DNA of 64,000 nucleotides, taken from positions 6,240,001 to 6,304,000 of the forward strand of contig CAVTTN010000002.1 of NCBI GenBank assembly GCA_963737655.1, in the 5' to 3' direction. The first letter of the stretch is position 1. Every line of letters starts with the position of its first letter. The position numbers were made by a program, and so were the translations under genes. The notes under the pieces were generated by a model. The model searched no databases, was not told where the DNA came from, and worked only from the letters and a program-made list of their open reading frames with translations. Source of the DNA: an uncultured Planctomycetota bacterium (GTDB lineage Bacteria; Planctomycetota; Planctomycetia; Isosphaerales; Isosphaeraceae). Positions 1-9,820 of the stretch are shown piece by piece.

Positions 1-1
1 G

Positions 2-1084
2 TCGCCGCCCTCCGCCCCCGCGCCGGTCATCCAGCATGCCATCGAGGCCCATTTCGCCGCCGAGGAGGCGTCGGGATCGACCGCGGGGGTCGGGGCGATC
101 GCCTCGATCGGGATCCCCCTGAGCGATCCCCGGACCCTGATGATCGCCGCCCCGTTCCATGGGGGATTTGGCGGGTTCAACGGCGACGGCAGCCCGGTCC
201 CGTCCCTCCGGGGCCTGACGGCCCGGCCGTTCCAGGTCCAGCTCTCGATCTCGACCTCGACCGACGGGTCGGAGGACCCGGGCAACGGCCCCGACGGCTC
301 GCCCGGCCCCGGGCCAGGCCCGACCCTCGCCCGGCCGGATCTCAGCGTGCTGGAGGCCGTCCAGGCGATGATGGACGGATTCCATCACCGCGACGGCTTC
401 GGCTTCGGCGGCGATCCGTCCCAGACGAATTCCCCGGCCCTCGCGCCCATGCCCGCGCCCCCGTCCGCCACCTTGCTGACGGCCCCGCCCTCGGCCAATT
501 CGGTCGAGACCGCCGCCCATCACGGCTCCGCCCGGTCCGGGCCGAACCCCTCGTTCGTGGCCGTGATGACGACGAATCTGCCCCAGGCAGAGGCCTCGCC
601 GGCCATCGCCTCGTCGTCCGGCGCCCGCGGGGCGACCTCCGGACCGATCGCCCCGGTCCTGCCGATCCCGCCGGACTCGGCCCCCGACCGGTCCGCCGGC
701 GCCGCGATCTCCGACGCCCGGACCGCCCTGAGGCCCGTTTCCGAGACCTCCGGCGAGCCCGGTTCCGAGATTCCCGACCCCCGAGGCTCGGACCTCCTGG
801 CCGACTTCGTCCCGGGCGACCGCGGCGCCCTGGAGCAGGCCGTGGATCGATTCCTCGACGGCCTGGACGACCTGGGAATGGCGCCGTCCTGGCTCCATGA
901 CGCCTCCGGAGCCATCCCCGCCCCGGCCGTCTGGGCCGCCGCCATCGTGGCCCTGGAGCTCGGCCGCCGCCAGTGGAAACGGCTCCGCCAGGAAACCGAG
1001 GAGAGCGCCGATCGCCCGGCCGATCCCGCCTCCGGCCTGGGATTCGCCGGATGGCCCGGGTCGTGGTCCGCGAGGGTCCCCTGA
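2..1084 (+). CDS. Low-complexity Pro/Ala/Ser-rich hypothetical protein with C-terminal membrane anchor, 5'-truncated by the window edge
   Basis: Frame is open from base 2 to TGA 1084. C-terminal hydrophobic helix (VWAAAIVALEL) is followed by basic RRQWKR. Stop lies 2 nt before the ECF ATG. Confidence 0.6.
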   Translation, partial: SPPSAPAPVIQHAIEAHFAAEEASGSTAGVGAIASIGIPLSDPRTLMIAAPFHGGFGGFNGDGSPVPSLRGLTARPFQVQLSISTSTDGSEDPGNGPDGSPGPGPGPTLARPDLSVLEAVQAMMDGFHHRDGFGFGGDPSQTNSPALAPMPAPPSATLLTAPPSANSVETAAHHGSARSGPNPSFVAVMTTNLPQAEASPAIASSSGARGATSGPIAPVLPIPPDSAPDRSAGAAISDARTALRPVSETSGEPGSEIPDPRGSDLLADFVPGDRGALEQAVDRFLDGLDDLGMAPSWLHDASGAIPAPAVWAAAIVALELGRRQWKRLRQETEESADRPADPASGLGFAGWPGSWSARVP

Positions 1085-1086
1085 TC

Positions 1087-1683
1087 ATGGCCGAAGAAGA
1101 ACCGCTCGACGAGCTCATTGAACGGCTCAACAACGGCGACCTGGAAGCCGCCGAGCGGGTCTTCCGCACCTACGAACCGTATCTGAGGATGGCCGTCAGC
1201 CGCCAGCTCAACGGCGCCCTCCGCGCCAAGCTCGACTCGATGGACATCGTCCAGGCGGTCTGGGCCGACGTGCTCTCGGGGTTCCGCCAGTCGGGCTGGA
1301 AGTTCGCCAACCCGGCCCAGCTCAAGGCGTTCCTGACGACCCTGGCCCGCCACCGCCTGATCGACGGCCGGAGGCGGTTCCGAAGGGCGTTGGAGCACGA
1401 ACGCCCCCTGGCCGACTCCGACGCCGGGGCCCTGCCCGCCACCAACCAGCCCCGCCCCAGCGAGATCGCCCAGGGCGAGGAGCTCTGGGAGCAGATGCTC
1501 GAACAGTGCCCGCCGAACCACCGCGAATTGCTGAAGCTCAAGCGCCAGGGCCTGCCCCTGGCCGAGATCGCGGCGAAGACCGGCCTCCACGAGGGGAGCG
1601 TCCGCCGGATCCTCTACGAGCTCGCCCGCAAGGTGGCGAAGAAGCGCGATCCCGAATCGCGAGACGACGACCCGAGCCGCTGA
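1087..1683 (+). CDS. ECF sigma-70 factor, planctomycete kinase-associated type
   Basis: Region 2 YEPYLRMAVSRQL...LDSMDIVQAVW; region 4 HTH GLPLAEIAAKTGLHEGSVRRIL; ATG 1087. Confidence 0.9.
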   Translation: MAEEEPLDELIERLNNGDLEAAERVFRTYEPYLRMAVSRQLNGALRAKLDSMDIVQAVWADVLSGFRQSGWKFANPAQLKAFLTTLARHRLIDGRRRFRRALEHERPLADSDAGALPATNQPRPSEIAQGEELWEQMLEQCPPNHRELLKLKRQGLPLAEIAAKTGLHEGSVRRILYELARKVAKKRDPESRDDDPSR

Positions 1684-1720
1684 ATGAGCCCGCCGATCCG
1701 ATCCGAGGAAGGGGACCGTC

Positions 1721-4231
1721 ATGGAGGGGCGATCGTCCGAGATGTCCTTCCTCGGCCCCTCCGCCGGGCCCGATAACTCCTGGATCACCCGCCTGGTCGA
1801 GGGGATGGCCTCCGCCTTCGCCCGGGGCGAACGGCCCGACGCCGCCGCCCTGCTCGCCCGTTACCCGGGGCTCGACGACGAGGCGGCCGTCCGCCTGATC
1901 TTCGAGGAGATCAGCCTCCGCCGGGAGGCCGGCGAGGACGTCCCCACCGTCGAGGTCGTCGCCCGATTCCCCCGATGGCGCGACGAGCTCGCGGCCTTGC
2001 TCGGCGTGGACCGGATGATGAGGCCTCCGGCCGAGGTCGATTTCCCCCAGGTCGGCGAGCGCCTCGGGGACTTCCAGCTCCTGGGCGAGCTCGGACGAGG
2101 ACACTCCGGCCGGACGTTCCTCGCCGCCCAGCCGTCCCTGGCCGATCGCCCGGTCGTCCTGAAGATCGCGGCGATCGACCACGACGAGCACCTTTCGCTC
2201 GCCCGGTTGCAGCACACGCACATCGTTCCCCTGTATTCCGAGCACGTTTTTGCCGAACGAGGGCTGCGGGCCCTGTGCATGCCGTATCTCGGCGGGGCGA
2301 ACTTCGCGCAGATCCTCGCGGCCCTGGGGAAGGTCCCGGCCGGCACTCGCCGAGGGCGCGACCTCCTCCGCGCCCTGGACTCGGCCGGCCCGAAGGGCCC
2401 GGGAGTCGCCTCTCCGCCCGATCCGGGGCCGTTCCGCCAGTACCTGGAGCGCTCGAGCTACGTCCAGGGCGTTTGCTGGATCGTCGCGTGCCTGGCCGAC
2501 GCCCTCCAGTATGCCCACGATCGCGGGCTCGTCCACATGGACGTCAAGCCCTCGAACGTCCTGATCGGGGCCGACGGCCAGGCGATGCTCCTGGATTTCC
2601 ACCTGGCGCGAGGCCCCGTGCCGGCCGGGGCCTGGGCGCCCGACCGCCTGGGAGGGACTCCGGGATGGATGTCCCCCGAGCAGCGATCGGCCATGAGCGC
2701 GGTCACCTCCGGAGGGCCGATCGCCGTGCCGCTGGACGGCCGCTCGGACGTCTTCTCGCTCGGCCTCCTGCTGGAGGAAGCCCTGAGCGGCCACCATCGC
2801 GGAGACGACGCCAGCCCCCGCCCCCGGCCCGATCGCGCCAACCCCGGAGTGAGCGTCGGCCTGGCCGACATCGTGGCGAAGTGCCTGGACCCCCATCCCT
2901 CGGGCCGATACCGCGCGGCCGAGCTCGCCGACGACCTCCGCCGCCACCTCTCGGACCTCCCGCTCAAGGGCGTGCCCAACCGCAGCCCGGCCGAGCGCTG
3001 GAGGAAATGGCGGAGGCGCCGGCCCCACGCCCTGGGCCGAGGCTCGGCCCGGCTCGCCCTGGTCGCGGCGGCCCTGGTCGTCGTCGGCCTGGCCGGCGAG
3101 CTCTGGAGGCAACGGGTCCGCCAGGTCGATTCGGACCTGGCCGACGCGCGGAGGCTCCGCCTCGACGGCCAGTTCCCCGAGGCGATCCGCTCGGCCGATC
3201 GCGGCCTGAGCCTGGCCCGGGGCGTGCCGATGGCCGGTTCGAGGGCCGAGGCCCTGGCCGAGCAACGCCAGCTCGCCCGCCGGGCCGCCAAGGCCCGCGA
3301 GCTCCACGACCTGGCCGAGCGCCTGAGGTTCCAGGACGGCCCCACCCCCTCGGCCGCCGACGCCGAGACCCTGGCCCGATGCCGCCTGGCCTGGGACGAG
3401 GCCCGGGCCCTGTTGATCGACGCGCCGGGCGTCGGCCTGGATGAATCGACCGAGCGCCGGGCCCGGGCCGACCTGATCGAGGTGGCCGTCGTCTGGGCCA
3501 GCCTGCGGGTCCGACTGGCCCCTCCCGAGAAGGTCGAGGAGGCGAAGGCCGAGGCCCGCCACGTCCTGGACCAGGCCCAGGCCGCCTTCGGCCCGACCCT
3601 GGCCCTTCGCCTCGCCCGCCAGTCCCTGGACCCCGACGGCCTGGAGGCCCGAGACGGCCCGGATACCCCCTCGGCCCTCGATCACGACCAGAAGGGCCGA
3701 TTCTACCTGCGGGGCGGCCGCCTCGAAGACGCCGCCCGGGAGTTCCGCCTCGCCCTGGACGATCGCCCCCAGGATTTCTGGCCGAACTTCTACCAGGGCC
3801 TCTGCGAGGCCCGCCTCCGCCACCCCCAGGAAGCCCTCTCCGCCTTCCGGACCTGCGTGACCCTCCGGCCCGACTCGGCCGCCTGCCACTACAACCGCGC
3901 CGTCGTCCTCGATTCCCTCGGCCGAACCGACGAGGCCGATCGCGACTACAGCCGGGCCCTGGAGCTCGACCCCCGGCTCGCCGACGCCGCGCTGAACCGC
4001 GGGGTCCTCCGCTACCGGGCGAAGCGCTACCGGGACGCCATCGACGACTTCGAGCGTGCCCTGGCTGCCGGGCCCGGCCGCGAGCTCTCCGGACGGATCT
4101 ATTACAACCTCGCGCTGGCCCACCTCGCCCGAGACGACCGCCCCTCCGCCTCCGCCAGCCTCAAGGCCGCCGTCCGGGCCGGAGACCCCGAGGGCCAGAA
4201 GCTCCTCCGGAGCCTGGAAGCCCGGCCCTGA
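1721..4231 (+). CDS. Ser/Thr protein kinase with TM helix and C-terminal TPR repeats
   Basis: [60 protein letters not shown]; TPRs such as [20 protein letters not shown]. Confidence 0.93.
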   Translation: MEGRSSEMSFLGPSAGPDNSWITRLVEGMASAFARGERPDAAALLARYPGLDDEAAVRLIFEEISLRREAGEDVPTVEVVARFPRWRDELAALLGVDRMMRPPAEVDFPQVGERLGDFQLLGELGRGHSGRTFLAAQPSLADRPVVLKIAAIDHDEHLSLARLQHTHIVPLYSEHVFAERGLRALCMPYLGGANFAQILAALGKVPAGTRRGRDLLRALDSAGPKGPGVASPPDPGPFRQYLERSSYVQGVCWIVACLADALQYAHDRGLVHMDVKPSNVLIGADGQAMLLDFHLARGPVPAGAWAPDRLGGTPGWMSPEQRSAMSAVTSGGPIAVPLDGRSDVFSLGLLLEEALSGHHRGDDASPRPRPDRANPGVSVGLADIVAKCLDPHPSGRYRAAELADDLRRHLSDLPLKGVPNRSPAERWRKWRRRRPHALGRGSARLALVAAALVVVGLAGELWRQRVRQVDSDLADARRLRLDGQFPEAIRSADRGLSLARGVPMAGSRAEALAEQRQLARRAAKARELHDLAERLRFQDGPTPSAADAETLARCRLAWDEARALLIDAPGVGLDESTERRARADLIEVAVVWASLRVRLAPPEKVEEAKAEARHVLDQAQAAFGPTLALRLARQSLDPDGLEARDGPDTPSALDHDQKGRFYLRGGRLEDAAREFRLALDDRPQDFWPNFYQGLCEARLRHPQEALSAFRTCVTLRPDSAACHYNRAVVLDSLGRTDEADRDYSRALELDPRLADAALNRGVLRYRAKRYRDAIDDFERALAAGPGRELSGRIYYNLALAHLARDDRPSASASLKAAVRAGDPEGQKLLRSLEARP

Positions 4232-4252
4232 CCGCCGCTCGGTCCTCTCGAT

Positions 4253-5485
4253 TCATCGCCGACCGATCCCCCCGGGGACGGCCGATCGCGCCGTCTCCGG
4301 CTCGATGGCCCCCTCCAGGACCCCGGCCACGGCTTCGGCCGTGTCCCTCCACGTGAATTGCCCCAGGACGCGACCCCGCGCCGCATCCCCGAGAGCCTTG
4401 CACCGGGACGGGTCGTCCAGGAGGCCCAGGACCGCCGCGATCCAGGCTTCGGGTCGGTCTTCCGAGACGATCACGCCGGCCCTCCCCCAGTCCAGCAGGT
4501 CGGGGATGTCCCCCTGGTCGCTCGCCACCACCGCGCAGCCGGCGGCGGCGGCCTCCAGGACCTTCAACGGGCAGAAATAGAAGTCGCCATCGATCCGCGG
4601 ATGAGGGGCCACGGCCAGATCCATCAGGCCGAGAAGCCGCCCCACCTCCTCGGCGGGCCGATGCCCGAGCGAGACCACGTCCGGCCGATCGCCGATCGCC
4701 TCTTCGAGAGCGGGCCGCTCGGGGCCGTCGCCCACGAGGAGCCATTGCGTGTCGGCCCTCCCCTCGGTGGATCGGATCAGCTCCACGAGGCGGTCGATCC
4801 CGTGGAACGGCCTGAACGAGCCGACGAACCCGGCGATCCTCGGCGCCGACAGGCCCAGGGCGCGCCTCCGGGCCGTCCTCGTCTCGGTCGAGGTCGCCGG
4901 GAATCGCGACGGATCGACGCCGTTGGGGACCGCGAAAATCGGCGTCTTCAGGCCATAACGCCCGAGCCTCCGCGCCGCCGGTCCGCTCACGGTGACCACC
5001 GCTCGGCTCCGGCGGAGCGTCCATCGCTCCATCGCCTCGACGAGCCCCGGAGGATGCCATCGGCCGCCTCGCCCTCGGGCCGAGAGCCGCGTCTCATACG
5101 CGACCGGGGCATCGGCATAGGTGACCAGCGGGACCCCTCGACGGCTCGCGGCCCTCGGCATCGAGACGCAATAGGCATCCTGGCGGGCCAGGACCACGTC
5201 GGGCCTCGCCGAAGCGATCGCGGCCAGGTCGCGACGGAGCATCGCCCGATTGCGGCCCAGGGCGCGAGCGAACCAGAGGGCATCGCGGAGCCGTCTCGAG
5301 GCGCGCATCCGACCCTTCCCACCCCCTGCCCCGGATCGAGGGCGAGGGCGTGGCTCGGGTGGCCCCGCGCTTCGGTGGATGATGACCTGATGGCCGATCT
5401 CGCGAAGCTCCCCGGCGATCGCCGCCACCATCAGGGCGGCGGGGTGGGCGTCTTCGGTCAGATAATGGCTGTAGAGGATGCGCAT
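4253..5485 (-). CDS. Glycosyltransferase family 4
   Basis: VPNGVD, GFVGSFRPFHG, VGDGPER, PLKVLEAAAAGCAVVAS. Confidence 0.92.
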   Translation of the reverse strand: MRILYSHYLTEDAHPAALMVAAIAGELREIGHQVIIHRSAGPPEPRPRPRSGAGGGKGRMRASRRLRDALWFARALGRNRAMLRRDLAAIASARPDVVLARQDAYCVSMPRAASRRGVPLVTYADAPVAYETRLSARGRGGRWHPPGLVEAMERWTLRRSRAVVTVSGPAARRLGRYGLKTPIFAVPNGVDPSRFPATSTETRTARRRALGLSAPRIAGFVGSFRPFHGIDRLVELIRSTEGRADTQWLLVGDGPERPALEEAIGDRPDVVSLGHRPAEEVGRLLGLMDLAVAPHPRIDGDFYFCPLKVLEAAAAGCAVVASDQGDIPDLLDWGRAGVIVSEDRPEAWIAAVLGLLDDPSRCKALGDAARGRVLGQFTWRDTAEAVAGVLEGAIEPETARSAVPGGIGRR

Positions 5486-5624
5486 GACGAGGCCCCTCGG
5501 CTCCGGCGGTTCCCGGCCGGAGGGACTCTAGCTCAACTTCGCCCGGTCGGGCCCGCGATCCTGTCCTAGATTCCCCGGGCGTGAAGGATTCGGGACTCGC
5601 CGCGGAGCTGCTGGGGGAACTCGC

Positions 5625-6767
5625 ATGATCACGCGACTCGCCATGATCTTGCCCGGACTCGGACGGGTCCAGCGAGGGGCCGAGACGGCGTTCCTGGAGC
5701 TGGCCCGGTCCCTCGGCCGGTTCCCCGATGTCCAGGTCGAGCTGTTCGGCTCGGGCGACGACGGCCCCGAAGGGATCCCCCTCCACCGGGTCGGCTGCAT
5801 CCCCCGAGAGCGGTTCGAGGGCTGGCCTCGCCTCCCCTGCCTCCGGGGCGAGACCCATTATGAAGAGTTCACCTTCCTCCTCGGCCTGATGGCCGCTCGG
5901 GCCTATGATCCGTCGCGGTTCGATGCCGTGATTGCTTGCACGTATCCCTTTGTGAATTGGTTCTTGCAGAAATCCGGAGGACGCCGACGGCCCAAGCAGG
6001 TCTTCGTCACGCAGAACGGCGACTGGATGTGTTTCGCCAGCAGCCGGGAATTCCGCCTGTTCCGCTGCGACGGCCTCGTCTGCATCAACCCCTCGTATCA
6101 CGAGAGCCACCGCCGGCGCTATCCCTCGGCGCTGATCCCCAACGGCGTCGATCCCGACGTGTTCCGCCCCCGTGAGGCCGGCGACGAGGCGTTCGACCCG
6201 AGGATTCCGAGCGATCGTCCGGTCGTCCTGATGGTCAGCGCCCTGATCCCTTCGAAGCGGGTGGACCAGGGGATTCTCGCCGCGTCGAAGGTGCCGGACG
6301 CCTTCCTCGTCGTCGCCGGGGACGGCCCGGAGCGGGCGAAGGTGGCGAGCCTGGCCGAGACGCTCCTGCCGGGTCGTCACCTGCTCCTGGGGAGCGTCCC
6401 CAGGGCGAAGATGCCGGGCCTGTTCCGCTCGGCCGACGCGTTCCTCCACGCCAGCCGGGAAGAACCGTTCGGGATCGTCTACCTCGAAGCCGCCGCCTCG
6501 GCCCTGCCGATCGTGGCGCCTGATGTCGAAGTCCCGCGATGGGTCCTGGGAGGCTCGGCCGAGTTCTTCGCCGACACCGAGGCCGCCTCCGAAGCCCTCC
6601 GCCGGGCGCTCGACCCGCAAATCGGCCAGGCCCTCGGGGCGTCGGCCCGCCGCCGGGTCCTCGCCGATTGGACCTGGGACGCCCAGGCCGCGAGGTATCG
6701 CGCCTTCATCGGGACGATCCTGAAGGGGGAAGGAAGGCCGGACCGCCCCGCGATGGCCGAGCAATAA
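5625..6767 (+). CDS. Glycosyltransferase family 4
   Basis: RGAE, IPNGVD, AGDGPER, EPFGIVYLEAAASALPIV (EX7E). Confidence 0.92.
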   Translation: MITRLAMILPGLGRVQRGAETAFLELARSLGRFPDVQVELFGSGDDGPEGIPLHRVGCIPRERFEGWPRLPCLRGETHYEEFTFLLGLMAARAYDPSRFDAVIACTYPFVNWFLQKSGGRRRPKQVFVTQNGDWMCFASSREFRLFRCDGLVCINPSYHESHRRRYPSALIPNGVDPDVFRPREAGDEAFDPRIPSDRPVVLMVSALIPSKRVDQGILAASKVPDAFLVVAGDGPERAKVASLAETLLPGRHLLLGSVPRAKMPGLFRSADAFLHASREEPFGIVYLEAAASALPIVAPDVEVPRWVLGGSAEFFADTEAASEALRRALDPQIGQALGASARRRVLADWTWDAQAARYRAFIGTILKGEGRPDRPAMAEQ

Positions 6768-6821
6768 TCGGCCCGGGACGCCGAATGATCCCGGGGACGA
6801 TCCTTCCCGGAGTGTCCGGCC

Positions 6822-7136
6822 ATGAACGCGCACGCCCCGAAACGCCTGGTCGTCCTGATCGTCTCGGCCCCGTTCTTCCTGGCGGCGGGCGAGGCGAGCG
6901 GCCAGGGCCTCCGGGGAATCCCGGTGCATGGGCGGGCCATCCGCTGGGCGGAGACGCCCGTCGGCAGGGCGGCCCAGGTCGGGATCGCCCTCGGCCTGGT
7001 CGTCGTCGCGATCTGGCTGAATGCCGCGGTCCACGGGCGACTCCGATCGCGTCGGAGGTCGCGGCTCGACGACTTGGACGGCCCGGACCGGGCGCCGGAA
7101 TTCTGGCAGGGCGAGGGGCGTGACGAAGGTCCCTAG
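6822..7136 (+). CDS. Small hypothetical membrane protein (signal-like N-terminus plus one TM helix)
   Basis: Two hydrophobic stretches, then Arg-rich RLRSRRRSR; fills the gap between the GT4 and wzx genes. Confidence 0.5.
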   Translation: MNAHAPKRLVVLIVSAPFFLAAGEASGQGLRGIPVHGRAIRWAETPVGRAAQVGIALGLVVVAIWLNAAVHGRLRSRRRSRLDDLDGPDRAPEFWQGEGRDEGP

Positions 7137-7163
7137 CGTGAATTTAATTCATGGAATTATGAA

Positions 7164-8501
7164 TCAATAATACGAGAAAAACACGACCGCCAACCCCGCG
7201 CCCATCCCGGCGGCCGTCAGGACGAACCCTGCCAGCCCCCAGCCCGTCCTCCTCGCCAGCAGGAGGGTCTGCACGAGCGTGAGCGCCGAGGTCGATCCCA
7301 GGGCCGCAAGCGCGAGGCCCATCGTCCCGAGCCTCGGCACCAGCCCGCAAAACAGCCCCGCCTGGACCGCCAGGGCCACTCCATACGCCTTGGTCGCCAG
7401 GTGGACCTCCGCCCTCGCCAGGAGGTACTGGAACTGGACCTGCCCGAGCGACCGCACCATCAGCCTCGCCACCATCACCGCGAACAACGGCCCGGCCGCC
7501 CCGTATCGCCGGTCGTAGAGGAGGTGGATGATCCTCGGGCTGATCGCCACCGCGACGGCCCCCAGGGGCGCCCCGACGATCACGGCCCTCCGGCAGATCG
7601 TCCGGTGCCAGTCGTGCTGGTGGGAATCGCCTCGCCGGGCCAGCATCGAGAAATACACGTCGCAGGCCCGCGTCACGAGCGTTTCCAGGACCGACGCGAG
7701 GTTCCACGCCACGGCGTAGACGCCCATCGCCGCCAGGGGCAAGTAGCGGAGGCCGAAGAGTCGATCCATGTTGAGCCACAAGGCCATCACCAGGGTGTTC
7801 ACCAGCACCTGGCGGCCCAGATGGCCGATCTCCCGGGCGGCCTGGCGGTCCCATTCCGGGACGGGCCTGGCCGGGGCGATCCCGTACGACACGATCACCC
7901 CGGTGACGGCCCCGGCGAGCGTCCCGGCGACGATCGCCCAGATCGACCCGGTCAGCCAGGCCAGGGCCACGCTCACGGCCGATCCCACGGCCGTTTGCGC
8001 GACCTCATCGGCGAACAGGGCCCGGTAATTCAGGGTCTTTCGCAGCGTCGGCATCGCCGGGCTTCTCAGCGAGAACAGGGCCGGTCGCAACGACAGCCCC
8101 GCGAGGATGCCGAACAACGCCGGCTGCCTCGAAAACGCCGCCACCGGGCCGGCGCAGAGCAGGCCCGCCCCGGTGATCGCCGCCCCCCGGACCAGCCCCA
8201 GCGTCCAGCCCGTTCGGAGGAACGATTCCTCCATCCCGCGGGGATGCCTCACCAGCGCCGGCTGAATCCCCAGGTCCGCGAGCCATTCCAGAGTCGTCAG
8301 GACGGCCAGGGCCGAGCCCAGGAGGCCGTAGGCATCCGGGGCGAGGAGCCGGGCCAGCAGGATGTTGCTCGCCAGCCGGATGACCAGCCCGGCGATCTGC
8401 GCCAGTCCGGTCCAGCCCAGGCTCGCCAGGCCCGCCCGGCCGTCGGCCGAGAGCCTCGCCGCCCGCCCCGCCCGGGGCCTCTCGATCGTCGCCGATCCCA
8501 T
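7164..8501 (-). CDS. wzx: Oligosaccharide flippase (Wzx/PST family)
   Basis: ILLARLLAPDAYGL...LADLGIQPALVR signature; about 12 TM helices; lies among glycosyltransferases. Confidence 0.88.
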   Translation of the reverse strand: MGSATIERPRAGRAARLSADGRAGLASLGWTGLAQIAGLVIRLASNILLARLLAPDAYGLLGSALAVLTTLEWLADLGIQPALVRHPRGMEESFLRTGWTLGLVRGAAITGAGLLCAGPVAAFSRQPALFGILAGLSLRPALFSLRSPAMPTLRKTLNYRALFADEVAQTAVGSAVSVALAWLTGSIWAIVAGTLAGAVTGVIVSYGIAPARPVPEWDRQAAREIGHLGRQVLVNTLVMALWLNMDRLFGLRYLPLAAMGVYAVAWNLASVLETLVTRACDVYFSMLARRGDSHQHDWHRTICRRAVIVGAPLGAVAVAISPRIIHLLYDRRYGAAGPLFAVMVARLMVRSLGQVQFQYLLARAEVHLATKAYGVALAVQAGLFCGLVPRLGTMGLALAALGSTSALTLVQTLLLARRTGWGLAGFVLTAAGMGAGLAVVFFSYY

Positions 8502-8533
8502 CCGCCTTGCCTCTCCAGTTGAAGGCTCAGGGG

Positions 8534-8617
8534 TCGAGCCGCCGAGGACGCCGCGTTTCGCAGAGGAGGATTCTCGGGATCAAAAATCTGCGAAACGCGG
8601 CGTCCCTGGCGGCTCGA
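8534..8617. repeat. Intergenic inverted repeat, about 31-bp arms with 2 mismatches
   Basis: TCGAGCCGCCGAGGACGCCGCGTTTCGCAGA ... TCTGCGAAACGCGGCGTCCCTGGCGGCTCGA. Confidence 0.85.
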
Positions 8618-8640
8618 TCCCTCCCAGGACCCTCGGGAAA

Positions 8641-9590
8641 TCAAGCCGGATGAACCCCGACCGACGGCCGCCCCGGCCGACCGAACACCCTCCGCCACGG
8701 CGCCGAGGCCGCTCGGCCGAGCTCGGCCATCTGCCACTTGCGGAGGTGCCGGCGGAACGCCGGGTCCTCGTACCGGGGATGCCGCGACAGGGCCGCCTGG
8801 ACGTATCCGGCGGCGATGCACAGGCCGCCCGCGACCCACGGCCGTTCGAGCGTCCGGTACGCCGCGATCGCCGCGAGATAGAGCGGGTGCGTCCCCATGA
8901 AATACTGGCCGCGCCCCCATCGCATCCGACCGTGGTATACGCTCTTGAACGACGATCCCATCTGCCGGAGGTGCCGGATCGCCAGGGCCGGCTCGTCGAA
9001 GCTCCGGGCCTCCCAGCCCAGCATCCGGCATCGGTGGCAGTCGATCCCGTCCCACATCACCTGGCGGACGAACCCGCCGATCTCCTCGAAGCACTCGCGG
9101 CGGAACAGCTTCGCCACGCCGTGGGAGAAGCCGTCGCCGGATCTTTCCAGGACAAACCGCCCGCCCACCGGGATGAACGCCTTGCCGCTGGCCGTGCCGA
9201 GCCGGGGGTCGGCGTCGAACTTGCGATAGAGCCTCTCGAAGTAGTCGGGCGCGAATTCCAGGTCGGCGTCGAGTTTGCAGACGTAGTCGTATTCGCTCAA
9301 ATTCGCCGTCGATAACCCATCATAAAATGCCTCGACGACCCCGGGGCCGACTCGGCGAGGGGCCCCCTGGGCCGATGGAGCACCTCGATCCAGGGATGCT
9401 CGCTCGCGGCCGAGTCGGCGATCTCGCCGGTCCGGTCGGAGCTGCCGTCATCGACGATGATCCATCGCGAGGGGCGGATCGTCTGGGCCGTGACCGAGGC
9501 GATCGTCCGTTCGAGGTATCGGGCCTCGTCCTTGGCCGGGGAGACGATCAGGAGCCTTGGCGTGGCGAGCGGGCCGGGAGAATCGGGCAT
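8641..9590 (-). CDS. Glycosyltransferase family 2, split by a 1-nt frameshift near 9365 (probable sequencing indel)
   Basis: IVSPAKDE and IIVDDGSSD lie in 9297..9590; KLDADL lies in 8641..9300. Adding one base in the C5 run restores RGAPRRVGPGVVEAFYDGL. Confidence 0.88.
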
Positions 9591-9702
9591 GGCGGTCCGC
9601 GGTCCTTCGGGCCGGATGATGGAACGTCTCTCGGGGCCACGGCGCCCCCGGGGACTCTAGGACACGCCCACGCGACTTGCTCGGGCGAAAACCTTCGGGA
9701 TG

Positions 9703-9806
9703 TTCACCACGAAGCCACCAGGAGCACGAAGGAAGACACAAAGGACGGCCGGAATCCCCCGTCTTCCTGGTGTCTTCCCTCGTGCCCTTCGTGACTTTGT
9801 GGTGAA
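9703..9806. repeat. Palindromic MITE/REP-like element, TTCACCACG...GTGGTGAA family, degenerate copy
   Basis: Imperfect arms of about 40 bp, homologous to 17682..17783. Confidence 0.8.
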
Positions 9807-9820
9807 TCTTCTCGGGGCGT

